Assembly: GCA_001643675.2 (NCBI GenBank)
Contig: LSRY02000019.1
Span: 558,001 to 622,000, forward strand
Length of the DNA: 64,000 nucleotides
Source of the DNA: Monocercomonoides exilis PA203
Lineage: Eukaryota > Protista > Preaxostyla
Direction: 5' to 3'
The notes beneath the pieces are model-generated. The model was given only the letters and a program-made list of their open reading frames with translations. It had not been told where the DNA came from and did not search any database. Of this stretch, positions 24,401-36,570 are shown piece after piece. The number at the start of each line of letters is the position of its first letter. The stretch's first letter is position 1. A program made the translations under genes and the position numbers.

Positions 24401-25729
24401 ATTAAGCTCTTTCACATTGCATTTGGCAGGAGAAAACATCATACATAGCCCTCCTCCGTTCTTGGAGTTAGTAGTGCATTCAATCACAGCACTTTCTCCA
24501 ACAATCGAATCGCTTTGGTTGAGATTGAAGTTGTACAAATACATGCCGCCTCCAGAAACGCCAGAATTACAGTACTTTATTATACATCCGCTAAGCACTA
24601 TGCTCTCTCCAATGTCCCACACTGCACACGCTCCGCCTTTTATCTCTGCTTCACAGCTTGAAAAGATGCAGTCTTTGACAATCAGGATCGTCTGAGCTGA
24701 GCAATATACACCTCCTCCATTTTCATGTGCAGTACAAGAATTAAACTGACATTCTGTAACGTTAAGCACAGCAACTCCCGCATTCCGGCATCCAATACCT
24801 CCTCCATACGAAGACGAAGCGCAGGACGAAAAAGAGTTTTTGAAAAATGATGCAGCTTCAAACATGTGTTGAGAATCTGTGTAGTTCTCGTTTTGATTAT
24901 TGTAGCCCTTTGTAAAGCTGTTGTTCGCAGAAAAGAATTCATTACAATGGTAAAAAGCTGTTGTTATTCCTCCTTTAAGAGCATTGTCAGTGGTTTGAAA
25001 AATATTTGATTCATAAACCAATGTTCTGCTACAACCACTTTGTGTACAATCAAAACAATTATAAAACTTATTTGAGGATATGTTAGAAAAAATGCATTCT
25101 GTAAGAGAAATCAAATTGTAATTTCCTCCTGCTAATAAAGAAGTGCTTTCAGATAGTGTTAACGAATGAAAATTAGAGCTTTGAATTCTTATAACTGCAA
25201 AGCTTAATGAAGATAAAATCATGGATGTTAATATTGGGAATGAGTTTTTCATCAGCAAAGATAAGTTTGATGTCATTAAAGGACAATCAATTAAAAAAAG
25301 GGGTGTTTGCGGAGATGAAACAATAGAAATTCCAATTTCGTTAAAATTTAGGTAGGATGTCTTATCACATGTACATAAGGCTTCTTTTGATAAAAGAAAC
25401 ATTTTTTGTTGATAAAAGCTCAAAGAAGAATTATGAAGATTGAATTTTGCCATAACATTTGTCTCTAATCTTTTATTAATTTGTATGTTATACACGCGCT
25501 TATAAATTCCTTTCAAATCACCGTCTTTCTGTGTTGAGGCTTCAAGTTCTAAAGGTTTAAATAACTTGTCAGAAGGATCTTCACCAAAACAAGCATTATG
25601 CAAAATTGTTTGTTCTTTATCATCGAACCCATTTGAATTTATTGTATAAGATTCATGACTCACTCCGCTCAAAGTGTAAATTCCTATTGTGAGAAAAAAT
25701 AAATGACAAAAACCGATTTTGATAAACAT
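21404..25729 (-). CDS. Single-pass surface protein, beta-helix/Pmp-like (GGxx, FxxN) ectodomain, Cys-flanked TM, Ser/Asp-rich tail
   Basis: 1441-aa intronless ORF; hydrophobic N-terminus; GGGIGC/GGGVYC/GGACAV/GGGMYL repeats; TM CCCWCWLLLLLLIFVIIMIIICCCCYYHKRKK. Confidence 0.8.
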   Translation of the reverse strand: MFIKIGFCHLFFLTIGIYTLSGVSHESYTINSNGFDDKEQTILHNACFGEDPSDKLFKPLELEASTQKDGDLKGIYKRVYNIQINKRLETNVMAKFNLHNSSLSFYQQKMFLLSKEALCTCDKTSYLNFNEIGISIVSSPQTPLFLIDCPLMTSNLSLLMKNSFPILTSMILSSLSFAVIRIQSSNFHSLTLSESTSLLAGGNYNLISLTECIFSNISSNKFYNCFDCTQSGCSRTLVYESNIFQTTDNALKGGITTAFYHCNEFFSANNSFTKGYNNQNENYTDSQHMFEAASFFKNSFSSCASSSYGGGIGCRNAGVAVLNVTECQFNSCTAHENGGGVYCSAQTILIVKDCIFSSCEAEIKGGACAVWDIGESIVLSGCIIKYCNSGVSGGGMYLYNFNLNQSDSIVGESAVIECTTNSKNGGGLCMMFSPAKCNVKELNTQDCVSVSGKGGGCFFMLHETFPANSSKPLFFSCNFHNNTALDDNGNDMYLEDLDQKVTNNPLSECYSTSFEKRFVSNDGYNRNRDDWLPYAVPERRINVITGSDSSVACGSWVVGSVPCRTIKYSVDVTSDIIPAFLYLQNGVFNIETDKINVNHKILSIIGMTREKVNLHVFYTASSPSPVADTDSFFFVGNGTLKLSSMAVTRISATPFSRGLSLIICDAPSPTVSVAMISLSDLRIQADENHISTTDTTEPFSSPLVMMKNGFLQINNVNAEKIASLAPLFLYQSTISAFSQANKASHAHTKTSNFSLLSSDESKPDAHVKITDSTFSQLICTSSQPSVISVQIASSEASFMSGKSISNANSLVSQPFKVELKDLQFLGCTSSSPIAAVGEIANSDVTMNNVTLLLPVNQIVAQTTTGISLTNCDVSLSDCVFSGDSELSSCFASFSSHLQYLPTSAHSSMSSFMSEMITDELCFWSGSILTLDQSSTVASNVSFANSSHGGLLVKGGSLTMTEAQFINNSPQSPNFPSVRHNIICKDAATVEIERISSGDGTSDSPSMWMANEGCTLIGFLSKRASQSFIPTVTNIEFVQDYSNYSITVTIQGTLLLPCNTSFGVIYIDPNTKSVSFLDELPFTSNPNETYATAVFSESLFDSVETDIVHVVVVYWMDDKNKQLTASFPIERVPVYVPEKEKCCCWCWLLLLLLIFVIIMIIICCCCYYHKRKKEKEKQEEEERRKLQQLADEDRERKLMHAEDPRYMDPDDERLENVRADDIISPAVLFIEEADEYFVSQKGNSNPFASKLSPLLLPFVAATGSSSVSPHGQPTPANPSKVNRLSSAFQSTVSPSSGGSLSSPRGSRVPSSPFHSKASSLEKGYALFDLDDSNSNNNNNNNNKGSKLGTKVALSDHSSSDVDSESVDSSESTSTDDTSDDSSDESINSISSETDEKSSKVTDDSSDAHLSVNNLSRNTSDICFVSSYSSTSSTSSLSAPLLE

Positions 25730-25859
25730 TTTATAATGTACAGTGATCGATAAAAAAAGAAACAGAAAAATAAAAAAAATAATTATTGTGAAGAAGTTTG
25801 AAAAATATATGTTGAAATTTTAGTTTCTGGAAACGGAACATTATTGAAAATAATTCAAT

Positions 25860-27527
25860 ATGGTTGTACTTTTTCGTTTTTTTATGGAGAGATTGGAAGA
25901 ATTGTCTGAATTGAACATTTTATACGAGGAAATCGCCACAATAAAGAAAGAGATAACTGCTAATCGTATTGATTCCGCAATTTCAAAAGTGAAGTCACTT
26001 TCAACATTCATCGAAGATCTTTCAAAAATCAAATTATTGGAGATGGGAGACATATCATTTTTTCGCAAATTGCTCGAATGTTTTAAACATAAATTTGCAA
26101 GAGCGGAAATAAAAGATGAATTGCTTGATTTTCTGATTCAATTTGGACAAAAATTTGGTACAAATTATCCATATATGGAATCTGAAGAACCTTTTCGATC
26201 ATTTCAAAAAAGCGGAATGTTCAGCATGTGTGAAAATATCATAAAGAAAAAGACAGGCGTTTCTGAAGAGCAAAAACAGAAAGCAGCTGTTTGTATTGGA
26301 TTACTTGGAAGAGATTTGTATGATCCAATGACATTTTCATTGGTGATGAAATATATAGTGAACTGTTTACAACAGGAATGGGATACTTTTACTAAGAATA
26401 GAAAATATGAGCTTCACTTGAAATCCCTCGAGATGTATTTATCATGCTTGTGTTCACTTTTATCGTTCAATGCAGTTGAAATTACAACTTATAGTCAACA
26501 ATTAAAATTACTCTTACACGATGTTTTTGATTACTTTGAACCTACTGTATCTGACTCTGCTGAAAGTCGTCTATTTGTCGCGACATCGTTGTATCTCACT
26601 TATTTATCAAGTGGCACAAACCGATCTGAAGCTTTCGTTCCATTTGGAGAGAAAAAATTGAAAAAATTTATCCCAAATCTTCTTTTAAGATTTCATTCTA
26701 ATATATCATCTATTACTGTCGATGCGGAACAGAAGAATCACGATGAGGAGTCGGACGATCTGGTTTGTACAACCGACGATTTGAGAAAATTAACTGATAA
26801 CGAAAAGTGCAAAGATGCTGTAGCTCTATATCGCCTTTTATGTGTAATCTATTATTTGTGTTTAGATTGGTTGGTGGATTTTCCTGTAATTTTGCGCTCA
26901 AAGCATATTTTAAAGGCGGTTGTTCGCATTTCTGGACTTGAGTTTAACCCTTCAAAGGGAATAGTTCCTCTTCAATTATCGTCTTCAAAGAGTTATGCGG
27001 AATTTGAAGAGAATGTTGAGGAATGGCTAGCGCATCCACCATCTCGTAGTAAGTCGTTTTCACCGAAATCAGCAAGTTATTTGTCGCAAAAAATCGTATT
27101 TTCATTAATAAATCCTCGTTGCAAAGACATTATGTGCTATGTGAGTGAATCAGGAGTATCCTGGATTTTTGCGCGCAAACTAGTCGAATTTCTCCTAAAT
27201 TTTAGTTATGAAAAATATTTTAATTCAAAAATTCTTGAAACTGTACTTGCTTTTTTTAAAGAAGCACGTACATGCTTAAGAGAATCAATGGAGCACATTC
27301 GAGATGAAGATGAGCTGAAGAAAGTATTGAAAAAAAGGTTGCAAATGCATCGTATATATGATGCATTTGAAGAAGAAGGAATTGAGGATCTTTTAGATCC
27401 ACATCAAATTAATGGTGATGAACAAGTCAAAACATTCAAGAACATTTGGAATTATTATCCAATTTATATTCATGAGCACCATTTCAGAAATTTTGACTAC
27501 ACTTTTAAGATAACTGTTGCATTTTAG
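25860..27527 (+). CDS. Hypothetical protein, probably alpha-helical
   Basis: 555-aa uninterrupted ORF in AT-rich DNA; no motif recognised; start may be the downstream ATG (MERLEE). Confidence 0.7.
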   Translation: MVVLFRFFMERLEELSELNILYEEIATIKKEITANRIDSAISKVKSLSTFIEDLSKIKLLEMGDISFFRKLLECFKHKFARAEIKDELLDFLIQFGQKFGTNYPYMESEEPFRSFQKSGMFSMCENIIKKKTGVSEEQKQKAAVCIGLLGRDLYDPMTFSLVMKYIVNCLQQEWDTFTKNRKYELHLKSLEMYLSCLCSLLSFNAVEITTYSQQLKLLLHDVFDYFEPTVSDSAESRLFVATSLYLTYLSSGTNRSEAFVPFGEKKLKKFIPNLLLRFHSNISSITVDAEQKNHDEESDDLVCTTDDLRKLTDNEKCKDAVALYRLLCVIYYLCLDWLVDFPVILRSKHILKAVVRISGLEFNPSKGIVPLQLSSSKSYAEFEENVEEWLAHPPSRSKSFSPKSASYLSQKIVFSLINPRCKDIMCYVSESGVSWIFARKLVEFLLNFSYEKYFNSKILETVLAFFKEARTCLRESMEHIRDEDELKKVLKKRLQMHRIYDAFEEEGIEDLLDPHQINGDEQVKTFKNIWNYYPIYIHEHHFRNFDYTFKITVAF

Positions 27528-27986
27528 ATCTGAAATTTGAGTAGTTTTTATTTTTTTGAAAGCATTCATGTGTTATAACTTATTTGATTTCTTTGTTTGA
27601 TTTTATTTTTGCTTTGCTTTGCTTTCTTTTTTTTCAAATCACATTAAAGTATCTGAAAATCTATGGAATTCAAAAGAAAGAATTAATAAGCAATTGATAT
27701 TTTGACAAGAATGTAAAATTTCAAAAAACATAAAATATATTTATTCCACAATTGAATATTTTCCATTTTGTGAAAAATCTTTCATCTCTGAATGTGAAAA
27801 ACTGTTTCTGATCTTCGTTTGACATCTTAATTCTTTTACGCTTCTATTTTAATTTTCTTTAATGACTAAATCTTTTCGATAAAAATGAAATTTCGTATAT
27901 GTATACCATAAAATAAAAACTTCAAAATCTGAATCTTTTATTTTGTATTATGTCGCAAAAGTCATGATTTCTTGGCATATGAGTTC

Positions 27987-29678
27987 ATGAAAAATACTTC
28001 TTTTAAATTAGATACAATTGGATATTTTTTATCTGATTATGAAAAAATCGAGATTATTGATTATCCAATAATATATTATTACGGCCAAAATGCACGTAAA
28101 AAAATACAAGGAAATATTAATCCCGCAATGAATCATGGATACGATGATGAATCTGGTGATTTGATGATGTATTTGAACGATCATATTGCATATCGATTTG
28201 AAGTCATTGATGTGCTTGGGAAGGGTTCATTTGGGCAATGCGTAAAAGTATTTGACCATAAAATGCATGAAATATTCGCCCTTAAGATATTGAGAAATAA
28301 AGAACGCTTTAGGAAACAAGGACTTATTGAGACAAAAGTGCTTGAAATAATGCGTGACGATGATCCAAATGACTCAACACACACCGTTAAATTGAAGGAG
28401 TTTTTTAATTTCAGGAATCATTTATGTTTGGTGTTTGAATTGTTGTCGGTCAATCTTCGGCAGCTTTTTAATTATATGCGTCCTTTAACTCTTTCATTAC
28501 CATCAATTCATTCAGTTGCTTTGCAGATTCTTGTTTCTTTAAGATATATACATCGACACAATATTATACATTGTGACATAAAGCCAGAAAATTTGCTTTT
28601 GTGTTCTTTTAAATTACCTTTTTCTTCAAATAAGAGGCTCGCAACCTATCTGAAAAATAAAGTAATAGAAATAAAAACCATAGACTTTGGATCTGCTTGC
28701 TTTGTCTCGGAGAAATTCTACAGTTACATTCAGTCCAGATTCTACCGTGCGCCAGAAGTAATCTTAGGTCTTGGGTATGGGATTGAAATCGACATGTGGT
28801 CGCTGGGATGCGTCGTCGCAGAGTGTGTGCAAGGGAAGCCGCTGTTTGCGAGTGTGAACGAGAAGGACCTGCTGCGAAAGCAGATGCAGCTGCTCGGCCT
28901 TCCACCCGGTGAGATGGTCGCAAAGAGCAAGAAGAGGCGGCAGTTCTTCAACGAAGACGGGACGCCGCGCGGGATGGTGCTTGAGGGGAGCAGAGAGGCA
29001 GAGCAGAGTGGCTGTTGTGAAGAAAGCAGTGGTGTTCAAGAGGATGTGTTAGCACAAGAACAGCAATCTCTTTTCTCGCCAACACCTGCAAGCGCACGTA
29101 TTGCTGGTCACTCTTCTTCTTCTTCTTCTTCTTCTTCTTCTTCTTCTTCTTCTTCTTCTTCTTCTTCTTCTTCTTCTTCTTCTTCTTCTTCTTCTTCTTC
29201 TTCTTCTTCTTCTTCTTCTTCTTCTTCTTCTTCTTCTTCTTCTTCTTCTTCTTCTTCTTCTTCTTCGTTTGTTCCTGTTTCACACTTCAACTCATCTTCA
29301 TCACCATCATCTGCATATGAACCAAGTGCAGATGTCACAAGAACAGAAAAAACAGATAAAGATTCTTCTTCTCTTGCGCCTTCTCTGTCTCCTGGAATAT
29401 TAAACAGCAATCTTAGCACTCAGTCTGCTCTTCCAGTTGTTGGCAGCCTCAGCCTTGCTGATGAAATTGGTTGTAGTGACCCGCTTTTGCTGTCGTTTGT
29501 GTCGTCTTGTTTGAAGTGGGATCCTCGTGAAAGACTCACTGCGGAAGAGGCGCTGCAACATCCTTGGATTCTGAATGTGTGGGATTGTTAATTGTTGTTA
29601 GTGAAGTATAAATTCTCTCTCTTTCTCTCTTTCTCTCTTTCTCTCTTTCTCTCTTTCTCTCTTTCTCTCTTTCTCTCT

Positions 29679-29718
<40 letters not shown>

Positions 29719-29747
29719 TTCACTCTCTCTCTTTCTCTCTCTCTCTC

Positions 29748-29800
<53 letters not shown>

Positions 29801-30728
29801 TTTTCATATGTTTATTTTTGCTTCTTGATGAAATAATCTTCCACAGAGCGAATATCAGCCTGCCATTGACAAATACCTGCCACCTTCTTCAGAGTCGCTA
29901 CCAGCATTCACTTCTCAATTTGCACGTCCTTCTTCAACTAAGTTTTTGATAGCACGTTCTGATTCGTCTGCTTGTACTGCAAAAGCAAGTACAACTTCAA
30001 TGTCTTTTCGCAGGGAAAATGTTGATTCATCACCAAATGTTGCACGTAATTCTGTTTATTCATCTTCTTTCTCCAAAGAATCACCATCGTCGTTATCTTC
30101 TTCTTCTTCTTCGGTATCTTCTTCCACTTTATTTTCTTCCTCCCATTCATATTCCCATTTTCCTCCTCTTCCTCGTTCTGAATCTATTCCACAACAATTG
30201 CATTCCAAGCATTCCACTTCACAAACACGCAAACTCCACAATTTGTATGCTAATTTGGAAAGTTCATCTCCCAATCATCAAATAAACACAACAAGAATTG
30301 CTGAACCTTCCTCTTCCTCTTCTTCCTCTTCTTCTTCCTCCTCCTCCTCCTCCTCAATTCTATCTTTTCTGTCATCCACTCCCAGAACTGATTCCACTCC
30401 AAATCCAGCTCAGTCAAAGCCACCTCGCCACCGCAAAAGTTCAGAACCAATTCGCTCTCGTTTCTCTTCTTTGTTTTCAGCATCTGAATCTGCTTATACT
30501 TCTTCTTTTTCTTCATCATCATCATCATCATCTTTTTCTTCTTTTTCTGCTGCTTCAGCGTCATCTTCTGCTTCTTCCCTCAAACGGCATTTTCCAAAGA
30601 CCCAAGTGGCAGATGTGGCTGATCTCTTTCCTGAACACCCTGTTCGCTCTCGCCCAACCCCGCAGCACAGGCGGGTGAAGCAGAGCGTCGTCAGAACGAT
30701 GGCAAATATGGAGCGATTGCAGTTCTAA
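27987..30728 (+). CDS. Class 2 DYRK kinase (exons 27987-29576, 29847-30728)
   Basis: DH box NHGYDDESGD..DHIAYRFEV, GKGSFG, HCDIKPEN, IDFGSA, YSYIQSRFYRAPEVILG; a phase-0 GT-AG intron puts ORF 29946-30728 in frame. Confidence 0.92.
29112..29267 (+). repeat. Perfect (TCT)51 followed by TCG, encoding 52 Ser
   Basis: Read directly from the sequence. Confidence 0.95.
29614..29791. repeat. Intronic (CT)n/(CTCTTT) microsatellite
   Basis: Near-pure pyrimidine tract in the DYRK intron. Confidence 0.9.
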
Positions 30729-31287
30729 TGTGAAAAGTATTTTTTTCAAAATTATTTTGATTTATTTTATTTTTTCGCAAAAAAAGTATTTATTTGCAAT
30801 ATATTTAATTCAGTTTTGTTTAGTTTGATTTCTTTTTTTTTTTTTAAGAGTTATCAAAGTGGTTTGTTGAAGGAACTGCTGATGAGTGTGTCAAACCTAA
30901 AAAATCTTTAGGGCTCATTCACATGTTTTGTTTATTGGTATTTTCCTTGTCAAATTTTTTGCTTTTTATTTATTTTAGTTGTTGTTAGTTGAATAACTTT
31001 GGTTTTTGTAATAAGCATTCATGTTGAAACTCTTCGATTTATTCTTAAAAAAAAATCCAAATGAAAATATGTGTACGGAAAATAGATTGAAAGCTGTGAG
31101 AATAATCTCAAAAAAGGAAAAAGGGAAAAAGAAAAAAGAAAAAAGAAACTGAATTTTACATATTATTATTCTAAACGCAAAAGACAAAACGAAAGCAGAA
31201 GCATAGCGCGCACAATTATAAATACACAACAATTTGCATGTTATTCTGTTTCCTCAGTCATTCTAATTGATATCAAAAGAATTGTTT

Positions 31288-33840
31288 TCATTTTTTCCTT
31301 TTATCGGGTTTCTTCTCTCTTTCTTTATTGTCCATTTCAATCAGTTTTTTGAAGGCAAATGTTCTTTTCCTTCTCTTCATTGCCAGCACACAATGGACAG
31401 TTCCAATGGCCGCAAAGCACAGGAAGACAAAGGCTCCTGCTGCTGCGATAAGAGCATACGCTTTTGTTCTGTTAATCGGCTGCGGGCATTTCATGTGTGT
31501 TTGGATGAACTTTGTGATGAGTGTGAGTGAAGTGGCAGAAGACGAGGTTATCTTGTAGTGGTTCGGCGTAATCTCATCCAGAGCAGATTTGAATGCTGCA
31601 CATTCAGTTGAGAACGAGATCAGGTCAAATGAGTTGTCTTCAGTTAATTGAAAGTCAGACAGAACAAATCCTTTCTCTATTTCGTATGTGCTGTATCCTG
31701 AAGAAGATGTCATCGATGTTGAATTTGATTCATCAAAAGTGAGTGAATGAGAAGATGTTGCTGTGTGCGAATCAGGTGGAATGTGATTTTCTGAATAAAA
31801 CAAAGAAGAATCTTCTCCTTTTGCAGCATGCTCTGAAGAATAAATTGTTGGGGACACGTATTTGTATGAGGAGGTATTCGGAACTGTGGTTGACCATATT
31901 AAATTGCACGAGTCATCTTCAGGGTTTGGCACCTTACTCGGAATCTCACTTTGTTCTGGCAGTAATTCAGCGTATCTGCTTGTCTTAGTACTGCTGCTCT
32001 TGTTCTTCAAACTCCGAATAGGATTCGACTCAAGCAACTGTCTGAAAACTGTGTTTGTGATGTTGGTGATTGAGCAGATCCTCGTATTACCTGGATCGAT
32101 CATGTAAACATCATCCATGTCGATTTCGCCTTCAAACAGATGATAAGTGATTGACCCGCGCTTCAAAGCATACACTGCGGTGTTGCTGACGTTCAGGCGA
32201 GTCTTTGAATCCAGCAGGTGCTGTTGAGCCGGAAGCACCTCATCGACCATCCACTGCTGAATGCTATTTCTCTTTGAAAGTGAAGGCGAATAATTGACTG
32301 CAGAAAAAGTTGGTGATGTGCGTGGTGAATGTGCAAGATATGAAGTGATGTATAAAAAGAAAGAAATGATAGAGTTGAGAAGATTTATGATGGTAGAAGT
32401 AAAAGCATAAAAGATGTTTGTAAGTGATGAATTGTGTGGATAGCTCATTGGCAATGTTAATCGGTAGCGTTTGAAAAAATGAAAGTGAAAATCTGTGTCA
32501 GTTTCGAAAGAGGTGTGTGAATTAATACTTTTTGAATTGAATTTTGAATTAGAGTTGGTTCCGGATTCATTCGCCAATAGCAGCCTCTTGTTGCATCCAA
32601 TAATTTTGTTAAGTTTCAACTCTTCAACTTTCTTTTCCATTGCCGTGCGAATTGCGCTGCCATTCTCTGTTTCCCATGACTGAAGAGGCTTTGAAGGATC
32701 AAGTTTATTAATAAAGTCCTGCAAAACTGATACCGTCGTTGGAAGAAATGATATGTTAAATTGAGCTAATTTGTCGAATGTTGCAGGCTCATCTTCCGTG
32801 TTGCCAAAGTGCTTCTGTGATGAGAATGAGTATTTGTTTGAAGTGTATATCGCTGATTTTTCAGAGCTGTTTGTGTTGTGTTTTCCTTCCGAAATGATTG
32901 TTTTAACAAGCTTGACTTGAACAACACCTATTTCATAATTACTAAATCCGCTAGAGATTGTGATTGTCATATTATCCTGATTCACGCATGCTTCCTCTCG
33001 ATACGTTCCACCACAGAAAATTACAAGAGGCATATATGGGTTCATTCCTCTCAAAAAACTTCGTACAACTTCTACTTCGGTGCCTGTAGTCCCCATATTC
33101 ACTTCAACAACCACAAGTTTAACATCTTCAGAAGTCATTATATATCTAACGTCTGGACCATTCAAAGCATTTATTGGAGATATGATTGATAATGATGATG
33201 TTCCAAGTGTTGTTTTATTAGAAAGGAAAGATAAAACACCAATTGATCCAAAATTTTCAAGAGGAATCTTTAAAAATGCATTTGTAAGCGGAATCCAATC
33301 TTCAACATCCATAATGTTTCCAGTAATAATATTTCGACTTGATATACGCTCCTTTCGAAGAAAATTAACAAATGATTCACTTCCCAATTCATTTTCTCCA
33401 CACATCAATCCATCAATAGAAAAAAATGGAATTATTTCTTGCATAAATTTTCCTATTTCCTCTGTTGCATCGCTTAATCCGGATCCCTATAATGTTATTT
33501 TATTTTATTAATAAATGTGTTTGATATACAAATTGATTTCACATACACGAATGAAATTTCCGCTGTCAAAAGCGAGAACATAGTTTCCAGCCTTTGTTCG
33601 TTCTTTAGCCTGATGAATAAAATCCTCATAATCTGCAATTGTAGCATCAAATCTTTTCTCATGTTTTTTCTCTCTTATTCGTCCAAATACTTTTTATAAA
33701 AATCATGATATTAAAAATTTTATTTATTCTTCAAACAAATTTGTCAAACTATTTGATGTATGGAAAATTGTAAAGAAAAATTCTTCTCCTATTTCGCATT
33801 CCAGCAAAGTCAGTAAAAAATAACATATGCAAAACCCCAT
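31288..33840 (-). CDS. 5'-nucleotidase/metallophosphoesterase-family (YHR202W-like) membrane protein, catalytically degenerate; 3 exons
   Basis: Spliced N-terminus MGFCICYFLLTLLEC..FTIFHTSNIFG..DATIADYEDF..FDSGNFIRGSGLSDAT..DGLMCGENEL; later GGTYR and RGSITYHLFEGEIDMDDVYMIDP; C-terminal TM plus basic tail. Confidence 0.72.
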
Positions 33841-34064
33841 CTTTTTAGAAGGTCAATAAAAAAAAAAAAGAAAAATGCCATAATAATTTCGAAATTGAAG
33901 AATACTTTCTCATGATTATGATGGGTAATATTTTTTGATTTTTTTATATTTCCCCTTGCGGCTAATTGGTTACAAGATAGAAGGTAATTTGTTATTATTA
34001 TTCAAGTATTATTTTGAATTGAATATTTATTTTCTTTGTTAGTCACTATTTCAAACACCTAATA

Positions 34065-35021
34065 GAGTCAACTTTTTAATGGGACTTTTTTCTTTATTGG
34101 CACTTTTTTTGTTTTTGCATGCCAATCATTCAAAAAAGCTAGATGGGCCTCAACACTCGGATGAGTGTGTTTATAAAATAAATACATTAAATTACCAATT
34201 TGTTTTTTAAATTTTGTTTATTTTTCGTGGAGATACAGCAATTTTATATTTATTTTGAAGTGACTTTTTTCAGCCGAAGAAGCATTTCACAAAATTTTGA
34301 AATCCATTTTTAAAAACTACTAGCATTTTCCTTTTTATATTCAAAATCTTAAGTTTAACAACTTGTTTTTTCTTTGTTTTTTTCACATTTCAATTTTTTA
34401 TCAGCATGCGAATACAATTTTGAAAATTTCTTTGTTATAAAAATGAAATGTTAAAAATAAAAATATGACATGAAAAATGCACACTTTAATAAAGAATTGT
34501 GAAAAAGTTTGAACAAAAAAATTATCTATTTATATCAAACTCATCAAAATAAAAACATTGAATGGTCTGAGATCAAACTTTTTCACAATTCTTTATTAAA
34601 GTGTGCATTTTTCATGTCATATTTTTATTTTTAACATTTCATTTTTATAACAAAGAAATTTTCAAAATTGTATTCGCATGCTGATAAAAAATTGAAATGT
34701 GAAAAAAACAAAGAAAAAACAAGTTGTTAAACTTAAGATTTTGAATATAAAAAGGAAAATGCTAGTAGTTTTTAAAAATGGATTTCAAAATTTTGTGAAA
34801 TGCTTCTTCGGCTGAAAAAAGTCACTTCAAAATAAATATAAAATTGCTGTATCTCCACGAAAAATAAACAAAATTTAAAAAACAAATTGGTAATTTAATG
34901 TATTTATTTTATAAACACACTCATCCGAGTGTTGAGGCCCATCTAGCTTTTTTGAATGATTGGCATGCAAAAACAAAAAAAGTGCCAATAAAGAAAAAAG
35001 TCCCATTAAAAAGTTGACCCC
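34065..35021. mobile_element. Non-autonomous foldback/long-TIR element: perfect 446-bp arms (34067-34512, 34573-35018) and 60-bp loop
   Basis: Arms are exact reverse complements as read by eye; AATA directly repeated at 34061-34064 and 35022-35025; no ORF. Confidence 0.85.
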
Positions 35022-36570
35022 AATAAATTTCGGTTAGACGGGACATAGCGACCGGGATAAAAATTGTGTTAAAGAAGAACTATTGACCTTGAAAGAACAA
35101 ATTTACGGATGTCAAAATTTACAAATAGGAAAAATACACTATCAAAAAGTGAAAAATTATCGCTGGTTAAAAAGCAGTCGTGGAAAAAAATATACAATCA
35201 AACCCCAAAGATAAATAAGAGAGATTATTTCTCTTAGGTTTTTGTTGAAATAATGATTTTCTAAATGTCAATGTGTTTATTAGAGTTATGTTTAACGAAA
35301 ACTTATTATTTGATCAACTGATCAGAGTTTTTTTATTTTATGTGGAGAATTTTTCAAAAATAAAAAATCCTGTTGGATTTGAAAGATCGGTTTTCTCAGT
35401 TTTGAATCACTACAGTTCGAAAACCACTACTGAAATATCATAATTGCATTCATTGGTTATAACATAAATAAATATAAACATATGAATCGAGTTTTTTCTG
35501 GTCGTAATCTGCCTTCTCACCTATATTTCTTTAAAAATCAATGAAATCGATTATTCTGTTAAACAGCGTGGATTGAACATTGAAAAAACATGTTTTTATT
35601 CTTGTGTGAATTGTTTATTTTTTGAAGAAAGAAATCAATAAAGGATGGAATTTATGAAATCATTTTTTTTCACAAACAACTAATCCATAAAAGAATTGCG
35701 CTTTCTTCTTTGCATCGATATTTTGATTTTTTGATATAATGAAAAATAGAACTTCGAATAAATTATTGCAATTTTTAGTCAGTCTGTTGAAAAAAATTGA
35801 ATTTTCAAAATTAACATTGAAAAAAAAACTCAAAACTGAAACGAAAGATTGAATACAAAATAGATGGGACAAATCCAATTAAAAAATGGTGTTGTTTCTT
35901 TATTATTCAAGTTAAATACCAAAGGATTGGTAATGGCGTTTCAAATAAGAGATATACAATTACAACAACAAAACATTTTATTTAAGATTTAAGAAGAAAT
36001 TATTAATCGAATAAACTTATTGTTTTCACTGAAAGAATTTGAAAATAAATGAATTTTGTAACAAAATCAAAATCAATTCAACGCAATAATCTTTCGAATC
36101 CAAATGAAAATAAACTCATTAATAAACATTCTTCTGTTAAAACGCAAAAAAGAATAATCATAAATTGTGAACGAAAGTGTGTGGAATTACATATATATGT
36201 TGGTGAAGATAAAAAGTGTTGGAGTTACAACATCAACAAAAACAAAAAGACATCTCAATTATGAGTGTCACTCTCAAAAGATGTGAAACAAAACAGATTG
36301 CAAAAGATGAAATCAAGAATATATATAGCAGCTAATATTCACATGATTTAATCACAAAACTCAAACAATTTCAAACAAAATCCCATTTAACAAAAATAGA
36401 ATTTAAACTGAAATTTCAAAAAGATTCAACATTTATAACAAAAATAAAAAAAAAATAAAAAAGAGAAGAAACTTTCAAAAAAACAAAAAAGACTGGGAAA
36501 AACGCATTAAAGCTTTCAATATTCTTCATTCATTCATCAGAATGTTTCCTTTTGTGTGGAATTAACTTTT

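Noticed and set aside
30875-30925. Hammerhead-like CTGATGA with a small hairpin
   Set aside because: No GAAA core segment or three-way junction.
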